A stretch of DNA of 64,000 bases from an uncultured Pseudomonadota bacterium (GCA_902787305.1 CADAFS010000002.1:31449-95448); one strand, 5' to 3'; shown: positions 18,800 to 28,750, numbered from the stretch's first letter. A program made the numbers and translations. Notes: generated by a model not told the origin, from the sequence alone.

Positions 18800-19303
18800 A
18801 TGCTACACATTTGGAAAAACATGGACGGAAAACTGAATATTTTTTTGGCTAATTTATACAAATACCTGAACGAATCGGTGGATTTTTTGGATGTATGGTT
18901 AAAACAAAATCCGATAAAAAAACGAATCATAACGCCAATTGAAATGAAAATATTATATGGATTAAAATACGAAAATTTGAAAACACAGCGGGATATTGAA
19001 AACCATTATAATATGTATCGTTCAACAATTATGAAAACATTAAACAAATTAAAATCAGACGGATTATTAACAATCGAAACAAAATCATTTAAAAATCGCA
19101 CCATAACGCTTACCCAAACAGGTAATGAAACCATTGAATCTATTTTTACACAGATTGCCACTTTTTATCAAAATATGGTGAAAAACGAAATGAAGAATTT
19201 AGATGATGATGGCGTTATGGATGAATGTATAACAACTACACAGAAGGCTTATTTAAATCTCGGCCGAATAATAAAATATTTACCACACAGAAACAAAAAA
19301 TGA
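18800..19303 (+). CDS. Putative winged-helix (MarR-like) transcriptional regulator
   Basis: 167 aa. Central segment QRDIENHYNMYRSTIMKTLNKLKSDGLLTIE resembles the MarR/SlyA HTH-wing. Divergent from the MTase operon. Confidence 0.35.
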   Translation: MLHIWKNMDGKLNIFLANLYKYLNESVDFLDVWLKQNPIKKRIITPIEMKILYGLKYENLKTQRDIENHYNMYRSTIMKTLNKLKSDGLLTIETKSFKNRTITLTQTGNETIESIFTQIATFYQNMVKNEMKNLDDDGVMDECITTTQKAYLNLGRIIKYLPHRNKK

Positions 19304-19379
19304 AATACACTATATGGCGTTTAACCACTGAATAAGCCATCAAACAAATTTCAAGCACACGCGTAAAAAGGCCTTCGTG

Positions 19380-19500
19380 TATTTTTGATTATTTCAATGT
19401 TGGTTTTGGTGTGGGTGGTGGCTAGTCGGGGCTGGCGGCTGGCAGGTGGGTATCCTGGGATGCCGGGTGGGATATGGTAGCCCCCGGGTAGGTGGGTATA
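19380..19500. repeat. G-rich tract with GGTGGG/GGTGGGTAT iterations immediately 3' of integrase stop
   Basis: tggttttggtgtgggtggtggctagtcggggctggcggctggcaggtgggtatcctgggatgccgggtgggatatggtag...ggtaggtgggtataacc. Confidence 0.5.
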
Positions 19501-19514
19501 ACCAGCGCAATCAA

Positions 19515-21095
19515 CTATTTTTTTGACATAACTTTTTTCCAGTAATCAAATTCCGGTTGCAGAAAATCGTATCGCAGTTTATCCGCTTGTTCTTTGATTT
19601 TTGCCAGCGTATGCTTGGAATAGTGTTGTTCCATAATTGTTTGGCCTTTCCAGCCCATAATATTGTTGATATATGATTGTGGAACTAAAAAATCCTGCAA
19701 TTGTAAACTTGCATTATTGCGGAAAGAATGGAAATCCAATTTACCCTTGTATGGTTTAGATAAATTCAAACTACGAATAAACGGTAAAATGCCTTCGGAT
19801 ACATATTTATTATTATAATTACCTTTGCTGTTAACCGCTTGGGTAAATACAGGGTCACTATCTTCGGCTTTTAATCTGCTTTTTTTCCTTTGAGCCCAAT
19901 CAATAAATCCCAAATCCAATAATTGTGTTGGAAGTGGCAACACTCGTATTGTTGCACCAGTTTTTAATTGTTTGGTTTTATTGTCCTTATCTTTATGGAA
20001 ATAGATACAATAACAACCATCTACATCAATAATATCTTTATATTGAATTGTTACTGCTGCATTTGTTCTGGCACCAGCAAACATTCCCATCAAAATAGCC
20101 CAAAAATCGTCAGGGTTATCTTTGAAATGTTTGTGTTTTGGGTTGAATATTTCTTTCAAATCTTTTTCTGTGTATGGCATATGCGGATTTTGGGATTCGC
20201 CTTTTTTATAAACAGGATAGCGGTTGTTAAAATTTTTGTACAATCCGGGATATTCTCTGTCTGCATAATTGTATAATGCCTTTAAATAACCGACTTTCTT
20301 GCCTTTTGTTGCATCTGTCGCCCACTTAGGGTTTGTTTTTATTTCGTTTATTATCGCATCAATTTTTGCTTCATTATTAAATTCAGCGTAATCGGAATCA
20401 ATGGTCAATCCAATTTTTTTGGCCATATGTTTAAAAAACGATTCTTTCTTGCGTTTTTCTGCATCCCCATTATTTTCATGCTGAATCCAAGCGTCTCTCA
20501 ATTCCCTTATCGTGTGTTTTTCCGGTGGTGTTCCAGAACCGGAACCTGAATTTATGTAATCCATTTGTAATATTTTTTGTTGATTTTGCATGATTACTTC
20601 TTGATTGGTTAAAATTTGCCCCATCATTTCTTCTAAGTGTTGTATTTGGTCAATCGTATCTGGGTCAGTAATGCTCAATTTTAATTTTTGTAATCTTGAA
20701 TATATTCCAAGTAAAGCCTTTATTTTTATAGGGTCGTTTTGAATCGATATGCGTTTAACTTTGCACATCATCATTTGACCGCCGCAATCAATTTCCTTAT
20801 CGTATTCATCAAAAACCATATTTTTTGATATCGATTCAGCGGCAAGAATTAATGTTTTTGCTTCAAAGTTTTTTGAATATGAATTGTCTTTCATTTGTTT
20901 CGCCTTTTCCAACGCCTCATAATAATTTTTCGTATGTAATGATTTTATAAAATATCGGCGTTTACCATTTTGACGCGGTAATTCAACCATATAATAAAAC
21001 ACATCACCCCTAAGATAAAGATTGTCATTTGCTTGACAGTTTGCTTTACACTTCTTGAACATAGTTATTTTCTCCTTGTTTTTCAAGTGCGCCAA
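19515..21095 (-). CDS. int: Tyrosine-type site-specific integrase (phage integrase family), tRNA-adjacent
   Basis: 526 aa. C-terminal catalytic region with ARTNAAV (Arg), KTGATIRVLPL, HSFRNNASLQL (H-x-x-R), MGWKGQTIMEQHYSKHT (catalytic Tyr). Lies 100 bp from the tRNA-Gly 3' end, co-oriented. Confidence 0.8.
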   Translation of the reverse strand: MAHLKNKEKITMFKKCKANCQANDNLYLRGDVFYYMVELPRQNGKRRYFIKSLHTKNYYEALEKAKQMKDNSYSKNFEAKTLILAAESISKNMVFDEYDKEIDCGGQMMMCKVKRISIQNDPIKIKALLGIYSRLQKLKLSITDPDTIDQIQHLEEMMGQILTNQEVIMQNQQKILQMDYINSGSGSGTPPEKHTIRELRDAWIQHENNGDAEKRKKESFFKHMAKKIGLTIDSDYAEFNNEAKIDAIINEIKTNPKWATDATKGKKVGYLKALYNYADREYPGLYKNFNNRYPVYKKGESQNPHMPYTEKDLKEIFNPKHKHFKDNPDDFWAILMGMFAGARTNAAVTIQYKDIIDVDGCYCIYFHKDKDNKTKQLKTGATIRVLPLPTQLLDLGFIDWAQRKKSRLKAEDSDPVFTQAVNSKGNYNNKYVSEGILPFIRSLNLSKPYKGKLDFHSFRNNASLQLQDFLVPQSYINNIMGWKGQTIMEQHYSKHTLAKIKEQADKLRYDFLQPEFDYWKKVMSKK

Positions 21096-21196
21096 AGCAA
21101 AAAATGTTGGGAATCCAAAGATTTATTTGCATTGATATGTTTTTTATATCAAACAAAAAATCCGGTCAAAGTGCCGGATTTGTGATAAAACTATCT

Positions 21197-21270
21197 TGGT
21201 GCGGGCGAAGGGAATCGAACCCTCGTCTAAAGCTTGGGAAGCTTTCGTGCTGCCATTATACCACGCCCGC
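21197..21270 (-). tRNA. tRNA-Gly (anticodon CCC)
   Basis: Reverse complement GCGGGCGTGGTATAATGGCAGCACGAAAGCTTCCCAAGCTTTAGACGAGGGTTCGATTCCCTTCGCCCGCACCA. 7-bp acceptor, anticodon loop TTCCCAA, T-arm GGGTTCGATTCCC, encoded CCA. Near-identical in architecture to enterobacterial glyU. Confidence 0.85.
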
Positions 21271-21321
21271 GGTGTGTGATGGATTCTATATCAATCCAAC
21301 CGAATTGTCCAGTAGAAAAAT

Positions 21322-21786
21322 TTAGCGCGAACACACATTAGTTGAAAGCCCAAGTTCTTTTTTCATGTTTTCTAATTTGCGCTTGGCTGATTTGCAAACA
21401 TCTCTGCTTGGGGATTGGGTGTTCAAAACATTTAACAGGTCTTCTATCTGGGTTATGCATGTTGTTTTGGTGAACACGTCCAATGTTAATTCAAATTTAA
21501 CCTTGGTGTGCAGCGCGTTAAAACGGCGAATTAATTCGGCCCAATTCTTTTCGAGCTTGGTTTGCGGGTTCCCAGCCCGCGCCTGCATACGGTTTCGGCG
21601 TTTTTCATTCATGTTATCTTTCGTTTCCTTCATAAAACCTTGTCGGGGCAAAACCGAAATTGCCACGAACCCTTTTGTGATTACGTTGTGGTCGAATTGT
21701 TTTTTGTTTTGCCCCGGTGGAAACAGCGTATACCTGTTGCCCATGTCTATAATGATAAGTTGTTTTTGTGTTACAAGGATTTTCAC
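21322..21786 (-). CDS. Hypothetical protein (154 aa), AT-rich, flanking tRNA-Gly
   Basis: ORF only. Basic central region (NEKRRNRMQARAGNPQTKLEKNWAELIRRF) could be DNA-binding. Confidence 0.3.
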   Translation of the reverse strand: MKILVTQKQLIIIDMGNRYTLFPPGQNKKQFDHNVITKGFVAISVLPRQGFMKETKDNMNEKRRNRMQARAGNPQTKLEKNWAELIRRFNALHTKVKFELTLDVFTKTTCITQIEDLLNVLNTQSPSRDVCKSAKRKLENMKKELGLSTNVCSR

Positions 21787-21807
21787 TCATTTCAGTACCC
21801 CATATAG

Positions 21808-23316
21808 TTATTTTGTTTTTTGATTTTTAATCCATTCCTGAATCAACCAAAATTTATCACCAAATAGTTGTTGTTCGGTAACCGAATAGCGTTTGGCGGC
21901 GGTTATCAAATCCGACAGAATTTTTAATTCCGTTGAACCAAGTCTGTCCGAAGGGCGTGCAGATGGGTCAAGATTCTTTATAATCGAATTCGCGGCTGTT
22001 AAAATCGCATACAGATAATGCGTTCCGTCCGGCATTGGATAATCGTTGCAATATTCGTATACCTCAGAAAGTCTATAATCATCGGCTTTATAATTATCTT
22101 CATGATGTTCTATATGAAGTCTATGCGGGAACCGAATGTGGGCGGCAATTAAAAAACATCTTTGCCAACGCTGTTTCATGTTGTCCGAAAGACTTGGCGA
22201 TTCAAACCCCAAGAACGAATAAAAATCACCCCAACGATATATATAGTCCAGTTTATAACGTCTATACTTTTCTGTGACTTTTTCGGATGGGTGTTCGAAG
22301 CTTTTATAAATGGAATCAAGATCGCGAAGGAAGTCCCGGTTGCAATATAATGACAATAACTGATAATATTCGGTGACATCGGTCGATGGTTTTTCGATAT
22401 TATCGTAAACATTTTTTAATGATTGGTGTGATTTATACGCGGATTTTAGTGCAAGTTTTTGAAGTTTTATATCCGCCTTTTTAACCGTCCCAATTTGATT
22501 CGGTGCGAGTGCGATCATAGATTTAATTAAATCGTTATCAGGTTGCGGAACAAGGGCAAATATGGAATTAAATAATTGCCTGTTATTTTTTGCCACGGCA
22601 ACCCTGCAAATAACTTTGAAATCATCATCGGTGAACAGCCCGCGATTCTTGTTGATAAATGTCATCAATTGGTCGGTCGTTAAACCGTTCGATCCATTTT
22701 GTTGCATGCTTTTCAAAAATGCCGGCTTATCAAATTTTTGAATAGACAACTGGTCTTTGAGTATTGCGTTGATTGTTTGTTCAGGTGTGATACATTCGGT
22801 GGGTATTTTGTCGATTTCAAATGGAAACTGATGTAAAAAGCCGCCAACCAGTGATGGCAACGGGTGCCGAATATATTGTATGTTTTTACGTGATAATCCA
22901 TATGCAAAACGTTGCAAGTTGTCCGACAATTCGTCACATTTCAAAAGCAATTTTGGATCTTCAAGTATTACAAGTTTGATTTCCAATGGGTGCAAAAATT
23001 TTTCCGCAGGATTTTCATCGGTTGCCGCCTTCATTCGGTTCATAAGGAATTTTATCAATTCCTTGTATTCTGCCTGAAATTTTTCGGTATCGGCAATCCC
23101 TGGGCGCAGTGTGTTGCCTAAAATCGCGTCCGACGCCACGGATTTAAAAAAGGACTTGGTTATAAACTGTATTTTTATTGTAGGATCCTGTTGGTATTCA
23201 CCAAGCAATTCGTTTAAAACTTTTTCAATGTCACGGTTTTTAGATTGCTGTTTCTTTTCCATGTCCATTTTTTTCCATTCTGGAACATAGGGGTGGGGTG
23301 TTTTGGCTGCGTACAT
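21808..23316 (-). CDS. Hypothetical 502-aa protein (no recognisable domain; AT-rich, possibly laterally acquired)
   Basis: Long uninterrupted ORF with plausible start. Confidence 0.45.
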   Translation of the reverse strand: MYAAKTPHPYVPEWKKMDMEKKQQSKNRDIEKVLNELLGEYQQDPTIKIQFITKSFFKSVASDAILGNTLRPGIADTEKFQAEYKELIKFLMNRMKAATDENPAEKFLHPLEIKLVILEDPKLLLKCDELSDNLQRFAYGLSRKNIQYIRHPLPSLVGGFLHQFPFEIDKIPTECITPEQTINAILKDQLSIQKFDKPAFLKSMQQNGSNGLTTDQLMTFINKNRGLFTDDDFKVICRVAVAKNNRQLFNSIFALVPQPDNDLIKSMIALAPNQIGTVKKADIKLQKLALKSAYKSHQSLKNVYDNIEKPSTDVTEYYQLLSLYCNRDFLRDLDSIYKSFEHPSEKVTEKYRRYKLDYIYRWGDFYSFLGFESPSLSDNMKQRWQRCFLIAAHIRFPHRLHIEHHEDNYKADDYRLSEVYEYCNDYPMPDGTHYLYAILTAANSIIKNLDPSARPSDRLGSTELKILSDLITAAKRYSVTEQQLFGDKFWLIQEWIKNQKTK

Positions 23317-23329
23317 CTTTTTACCTTTA

Positions 23330-24490
23330 TTATTTCATTGGAATTTGCAATAGTTGTTCTGGGAAAATCAAATCCGGGTTTTCAATGGCGTTGCGTTCGG
23401 CAATAATGCTAAACAATACCCCGCGGCGCAGAAAGTTTCGTGCAATGACCCACAAACAATCGCCACGACGCACGGTATAGAATGTGTCGTTGTCACCCGT
23501 CATTTCCGGCATAACAAAATTATGATTTACGGTTGCGATTGTTTGGCCGTCCGCATCATGTAAACGAACGCCCAATGTATATTCCCGTCCCGGCGTCAAT
23601 TTGCCCACATCCGCGCCGATTCCAAAATTTTTGTAATCTGATACACGTGCATCCCCAAGGAACATATCGTTTAATGTAAGTGAAACGCGCAGGCGCGGCA
23701 ACGCGTTTCCGGTGACAACAATACGCCCGGTATCAAGATAGTCGATTTTCGAAATAATTAAATCGCCGTCTTTTAGTATTGCGGGCGATTGCATAACGTG
23801 ACTGCCGTCCTTTGTCATAAGTAATGATACAGAATTGCGATAATCGACATCGGACACATAAAGGAACACCGTGTCTTCGGATTTTTTGTCCGGTTTTGCG
23901 CCAACCAATGACATTGTATAGTTGCCCGGTTTTAACCCGCGGCCCGGTGCATAAACAAATTCACCATCGTCATTTGTTCGTTCGGTCGCGATGATTTTGT
24001 TATTCAAAACAATCGAAATGTTTTTATTTGGTTGCCACCGGCCCGCCACAACAATCATCCCATTTGGTTTAATGCGAACGATATCAAAGGACGGTTTGTC
24101 GGTTGGTGTTGTTGGTGATGGCTTTTGATTTGTTTTAATTGTTGTTTTAATTTCCACTGGGTTGGGCGCACGTACTATGACAACATCACGGCCGGCGTTT
24201 GTTTGCGAAAACATTGCCCAAATCGCGACGAACAAAACAATAATCGCGCAAGCAATAGGAAACCAGTATTCGCGCAATATAGATTTTTTTGTTTCTTCGT
24301 CATGCGTATCCAATTTTGGTTTTGGGCCCGAAACTTTTTCTTCTTCGGTATCATTAAGTGTTTTTAAAAACCGGCGTGTAAAGCGGCGGCGGCGCGAAAG
24401 CCATCCGTCTTGGCGTGCAATTGCGTCATCAATCAAGTTGTCGGTGGAACGTTTTGTTTTGCCCATGGCGGCGGTATTATTGTTTGCCAT
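23330..24490 (-). CDS. Membrane-anchored LysM peptidoglycan-binding domain protein
   Basis: Single TM helix (WFPIACAIIVLFVAIWAMF). C-terminal LysM (YTVRRGDCLWVIARNF...PDLIFPEQLLQIP). Probable start MANNNT (24490) rather than the track's 24538. Confidence 0.55.
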   Translation of the reverse strand: MANNNTAAMGKTKRSTDNLIDDAIARQDGWLSRRRRFTRRFLKTLNDTEEEKVSGPKPKLDTHDEETKKSILREYWFPIACAIIVLFVAIWAMFSQTNAGRDVVIVRAPNPVEIKTTIKTNQKPSPTTPTDKPSFDIVRIKPNGMIVVAGRWQPNKNISIVLNNKIIATERTNDDGEFVYAPGRGLKPGNYTMSLVGAKPDKKSEDTVFLYVSDVDYRNSVSLLMTKDGSHVMQSPAILKDGDLIISKIDYLDTGRIVVTGNALPRLRVSLTLNDMFLGDARVSDYKNFGIGADVGKLTPGREYTLGVRLHDADGQTIATVNHNFVMPEMTGDNDTFYTVRRGDCLWVIARNFLRRGVLFSIIAERNAIENPDLIFPEQLLQIPMK

Positions 24491-24598
24491 TTTATATCTC
24501 CCGTTATGTGATGGTTTTTTCAATAGACAAAATAGCATAAAAAATGTTTCTTTGTCAACTTATTTGTGATATAATTGTTCGGAAAAATGGAGAAAATA

Positions 24599-25677
24599 TG
24601 AAAAAAATAGCAATTATGACAACGGGTGGCGATTGTAGTGGCCTTAACACCGTGATAAATCGTGTTGTTTTGGGTGCAAGTATTCGCGGGTGGCGGGTTT
24701 ACGGAATCGTTGATGGAACGGACGGACTTTGCTGTAAACCGATAAATGTAATAGAAATGAATACGGAAACCGTGCCGATTGAAAATGCCAGGCTTGCGGG
24801 CAGTTTCCTGCACAACGGGCATGCGTGTATGCTAAATTTTGAAAAGGCGGCGCAAACAGGGCGGATAAAAGAGTTTAATAAAACCCTGCGTGATGCATTG
24901 ATAAAATTAAAGTTGGATGCGCTGATTTTGGTCGGTGGCAACGGCAGTTTTTCACTCGCCTGGTTAAATCGTGAAATTTATCGCGATTTGTCGTTGGTAT
25001 GTATTCCAAAGACCATTGATTTTGACATCCCCCTTACCGACCGAACAATCGGGTTTGATACGGCGGTGGAACAATTGACAAGTTATTGTGACCAGATACT
25101 TTTGACGGCACGCAGTCATCATCGATGGTTCGTGGTGCAAACAATGGGACGCGATTGTGGGCGACTTGCGCTGTATGCGGGAATTGCGGTTGGCGCCGAT
25201 GCGATTTTGGTTCCGGAAATAAAGTTTGATGTTGATGAATTGGTGCAACATATAAAGTCCGTAAATCGCGATTATGGTATCATTATGGTGTCCGAAGGTA
25301 TAACGCTGCGCGGGCATTCGGGGCGACCGGCGGATATGATTGCACGCAAACTTACCGCGGCGGGAATTACGAACCGGACCGCATTTCCGGACTATGTTCA
25401 ACGTGCGGGTGATACGGTGGCGGGCGATCGGTTGCTTGCCGCAAAAATGGCAACCTGTGCATTGAATGCAATTGAAAACAATGAAACATATGTTATGACG
25501 GCGCTGCGTGGGAATGATTGTGTGACGGTGCCACTCGCAGAATTCTATGCTGCGGGCGATGTCAGGGCCGACCCGAATATACCGGCGGTCAAAACGGCAA
25601 ACGCGTATATTGAACCCGATGATCCGTTGTTGCATGTGGCAAGTGATTTGGGTGTTTATGTTGGCGTTAGTGGTTAG
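24599..25677 (+). CDS. pfkA: 6-phosphofructokinase (PFK-A family; ATP or PPi type)
   Basis: MKKIAIMTTGGDCSGLN (GGDGS-like), LVGGNGS, MGRDCGRLALYAGIAVGADAILVPE. RBS ggag before ATG 24599. Final codons and stop fall inside a dispersed-repeat copy (25664-25700). Confidence 0.75.
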
Positions 25678-25700
25678 CGTTAGTGTAAGTGGTTAGTGAG
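25664..25700. repeat. Dispersed repeat copy (gcgttagtggttagcgttagtgtaagtggttagtgag) overlapping pfk 3' end
   Basis: Same TTAGTGTAAGTGGTTAGTGA core. Confidence 0.65.
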
Positions 25701-25886
25701 ATTTGTATTCAATTGCTTGACTTTTGGATATTTTTAGTGCAAAATGTATTTGCAAATCCCAAAGATTGCCATTTGAATCAAACCTGTGTGCGGTATGCAC
25801 AAGGCGCATCATCCGTTGAGTTTTCAACCTTGATGTTGGTTTTCTTTGTGGGGTAAAACAGTTTCTTTAAAAAAAGGAGTATAAAA

Positions 25887-26336
25887 ATGGCAACTGTTAT
25901 TCGTTTGGCACGCTATGGTGCAAAAAAACGCCCGTATTATCACATTGTTGTGACCGATTCACGCAATGCGCGTAATTCTGGTAATGTGTTAGAGGTTGTT
26001 GGTAAATACGACCCAATGTTGGCGCGTGATAATGAAAAGCGCGTAATCCTTAAGGTTGAAGAAATCAAGGCGTGGTTGGCAAAGGGTGCGCGTGCATCCG
26101 ACCGTGTGTATCGGTTCCTGGCCAATGCGGGTTTGGTCGCAAAACGTGTGATTCCAACACAGACGAAAAAGAATTTGCAATCTGAAAAAACATTGCAAAA
26201 AATCAAAGACAAGGCCGATAAATTAGCGAAACTGGCCGAAGAAAAAGCCGCGGCCGAAGCCGCCGCCAAGGCCGCAGCTGAGGCACCGGCAGAAACACCG
26301 GCAGCGGAATCCGCAACCGAAGCATCAGCGGAATAA
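25887..26336 (+). CDS. rpsP: 30S ribosomal protein S16 with Ala/Glu-rich C-terminal extension
   Basis: [32 protein letters not shown] is canonical S16. Confidence 0.9.
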   Translation: MATVIRLARYGAKKRPYYHIVVTDSRNARNSGNVLEVVGKYDPMLARDNEKRVILKVEEIKAWLAKGARASDRVYRFLANAGLVAKRVIPTQTKKNLQSEKTLQKIKDKADKLAKLAEEKAAAEAAAKAAAEAPAETPAAESATEASAE

Positions 26337-26339
26337 TAT

Positions 26340-26675
26340 ATGTCATCGGATACGCGCATCTTGGTTGGGGAAAAATATATACCACCTGTAGCAACGGTTG
26401 TTAGTGTGTTATCGCAGTATACTGTTTTATGCGGTTCGTCGGGGCATTCTGTTGACACAGCTTCATGTTCAATGTGCATTCCCGAAACAACATGCCCATT
26501 TAATGGCGAACCGTGTGTTGACAAACAGAAACTTCTTGATGCATGGCGGCGATCCGTTGAATATATGGCGCAACACCATATCAATCATGTCTTTTTTACT
26601 ACCGATTCAATGTTTGGTGGGTGTCCCAAAGGGTTTGCCGAATTATGCCCAGATTCTAATCAGAGGCAACACTAA
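26340..26675 (+). CDS. Hypothetical Cys-rich small protein inserted between rpsP and rimM
   Basis: 111-aa ORF with 7 Cys. Occupies entire rpsP-rimM spacer, starts 4 nt after rpsP stop, ends 3 nt before rimM. Confidence 0.3.
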   Translation: MSSDTRILVGEKYIPPVATVVSVLSQYTVLCGSSGHSVDTASCSMCIPETTCPFNGEPCVDKQKLLDAWRRSVEYMAQHHINHVFFTTDSMFGGCPKGFAELCPDSNQRQH

Positions 26676-26677
26676 AT

Positions 26678-27142
26678 ATGACCGATAGTAAAAACATCTT
26701 GGTTGGGAAAATTGTTGCCCCCCGTGGCATTAGGGGCGAAGTGCGTGTTCAAACCTTTACCGAAAAACCGTCGGATTTTCAAAAACTGGCGGTTTTTGGG
26801 GATAAAATTCCGGCCGACGCATTGCATTTTGTGTGGGCGGTTCCAAACGCCGATGTTGTTGTTATGCGCGTGGACGGTGTTTGCGATAGAAATGCGGCAA
26901 AAACATTGCGCGGGACGGAACTTTTTATAAACCGCGATGATTTGCCCGCCCTGCGTGACGGCGAATATTACCAGGCAGATTTGATTGGAATGATGGTTGT
27001 CCGTGATGGTGCGGAATTGGGCCGCATTGTGTGCTTTCAAAACTTTGGTGCCGGCGACATTATGGAATTAGATAATGGCGATATGGTGTCTTTTCGGGGG
27101 GCGAGTGTAGATTTTGAAAAGAAAACAATAACAGTAAAATAA
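26678..27142 (+). CDS. rimM: Ribosome maturation factor RimM
   Basis: MTDSKNILVGKIVAPRGIRGEVRV... PRC-barrel C-terminus. Conserved position in S16 operon. Confidence 0.85.
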   Translation: MTDSKNILVGKIVAPRGIRGEVRVQTFTEKPSDFQKLAVFGDKIPADALHFVWAVPNADVVVMRVDGVCDRNAAKTLRGTELFINRDDLPALRDGEYYQADLIGMMVVRDGAELGRIVCFQNFGAGDIMELDNGDMVSFRGASVDFEKKTITVK

Positions 27143-27154
27143 AGGGTGATAAAA

Positions 27155-27646
27155 ATGAATGAACAATCGTTGGTTTGCGATATCTGTACATGGGAACGGT
27201 TGCCAGAACCCACTGCGTGTCAATTTCAAGAAGTTAAAGGTGGAAATTTTGGCGGGTGTTATGCGACACCAACAGATCTTTTGAGTGTATTGAAAGATCC
27301 AGAAGCAGTTTTTGGTGTGGGGACAGCACCATTCATAAAGAAATTCAGTTTCGATAACGCTCTTAATCGCATGCCAGCGTGTGAATGTGTCACATCGTTA
27401 TCCGAATGTCCCGTGGCGAAATTTATAGCCGATAACAAAATGAACTGTCTGTTATATTTTGAGAAATGTGGTTACGATTTTTTACATAGTGACGGCAATC
27501 TTAGATATTATTTTCATTATGAATTTAATCTGGACCATGACGATATAAGTAAGTATTATAGGGAGATGCTTAAAATATATAACGCATGTAAAATGCGTCA
27601 ATCACCTGTATTTACAAGATTGAAATCAAAACAAAATGCACTTTAA
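27155..27646 (+). CDS. Hypothetical Cys-rich protein inserted between rimM and trmD
   Basis: ~164 aa with 10 Cys (CDIC...C...C, ACEC...SEC). AGGGTG RBS 7 nt before ATG 27155 (GTG 27146 alternative). AT-rich. Overlaps trmD start by 11 nt. Confidence 0.35.
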   Translation: MNEQSLVCDICTWERLPEPTACQFQEVKGGNFGGCYATPTDLLSVLKDPEAVFGVGTAPFIKKFSFDNALNRMPACECVTSLSECPVAKFIADNKMNCLLYFEKCGYDFLHSDGNLRYYFHYEFNLDHDDISKYYREMLKIYNACKMRQSPVFTRLKSKQNAL

Positions 27647-28334
27647 TATATTGACCGTTTTTCCAGAAATGTTTCCGGGCACACTTGGTGCCGGGGTGGT
27701 TGGTCGTGCCTTGGCGGACGGAATTTGGTCGTATAATGTTATAAACATTCGCGATTTTGCCATAAATGATTACGGCAGTGTTGATGACGCACAATTCGGT
27801 GGCGGTGCCGGCATGGTTATGCGCCCCGATGCGTTGGGTGCGGCGATTGATTCAATCGAAAAACCGGGGCAAATTATATACTTTTCCCCGCGTGGGGCGC
27901 GTTTAGACCAAAAAATGGTACGCAGGTTCGCGGGTGATGCGAAAAACGCGGTTTATACCCTGCTCTGTGGTCGGTACGAAGGAATTGACCAACGGGTAAT
28001 TGATGAATATAATATCATGGAATTATCCATTGGCGATTATATCTTGTCTGGTGGTGAAATCGCCGCGCAAGTTTTTATTGACAGCGCGGTTCGCGTGTTG
28101 GATAATGTCCTTGGTGGCGGTGCGGAATCGACCACCACGGAAAGTTTTGAAATCGGGGGGTTGGAATGGCCGTTATATACCCGCCCGTCGGTATGGCGTG
28201 GACGAAAAGTCCCAGAAGTCCTGCTGTCTGGTCACCACGGCAACATAGAACGGTGGCGGAAACAACAATCGGACGAAATAACAAAAATGCGTCGTCCGGA
28301 TTTAATAAAGGAAAATAAAAATGAACATAATTAA
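27636..28334 (+). CDS. trmD: tRNA (guanine37-N1)-methyltransferase TrmD
   Basis: [15 protein letters not shown]... SPOUT-fold TrmD signature. Conserved operon position. Confidence 0.9.
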   Translation: MHFNILTVFPEMFPGTLGAGVVGRALADGIWSYNVINIRDFAINDYGSVDDAQFGGGAGMVMRPDALGAAIDSIEKPGQIIYFSPRGARLDQKMVRRFAGDAKNAVYTLLCGRYEGIDQRVIDEYNIMELSIGDYILSGGEIAAQVFIDSAVRVLDNVLGGGAESTTTESFEIGGLEWPLYTRPSVWRGRKVPEVLLSGHHGNIERWRKQQSDEITKMRRPDLIKENKNEHN

Positions 28335-28728
28335 AAAAATCGAAGAAAAAAATATCGCAAAGGTCAAAGGCGACAAGGTTATTCCGAATTTCAAGGCGGG
28401 TGATACTTTGCGCGTGCATGTAAAAATCAAAGATGGCGACAAATTCCGTATTCAATTGTTCGAAGGTGTCGTGATTGCGCGTGACGGTGGCATGGGCAAT
28501 ACCGCATCGTTCACGGTTCGTCGTGAATCTTATGGTGTTGGTGTTGAACGCAAGTTCCCACTGTACAGCCCGGCAATCGAAAAAATTGAAAAGGTTCGTA
28601 TTGGTCGCGTGCGTCGTGCGAAATTGTTCTTTTTACGGAAATTGTCTGGTAAAAAGGCGCGTATTGTCGAAGATTTGGCGGCAACAAGCGCGGAAAAAGG
28701 CACAAAGACCGAAAAGAGCGAAAAATAA
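28321..28728 (+). CDS. rplS: 50S ribosomal protein L19
   Basis: ...[45 protein letters not shown]... canonical L19. Confidence 0.9.
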   Translation: MNIIKKIEEKNIAKVKGDKVIPNFKAGDTLRVHVKIKDGDKFRIQLFEGVVIARDGGMGNTASFTVRRESYGVGVERKFPLYSPAIEKIEKVRIGRVRRAKLFFLRKLSGKKARIVEDLAATSAEKGTKTEKSEK

Positions 28729-28750
28729 ATTCCCATCTGATTCACAAAAA

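Noticed and set aside
24544-24598. Track start of pfk ORF at 24544 (MFLCQLICDIIVRKNGENM...)
   Set aside because: ATG at 24599 has a GGAG RBS and begins the conserved MKKIAIMTTGGDCSGLN PFK N-terminus. The upstream extension is unconserved.
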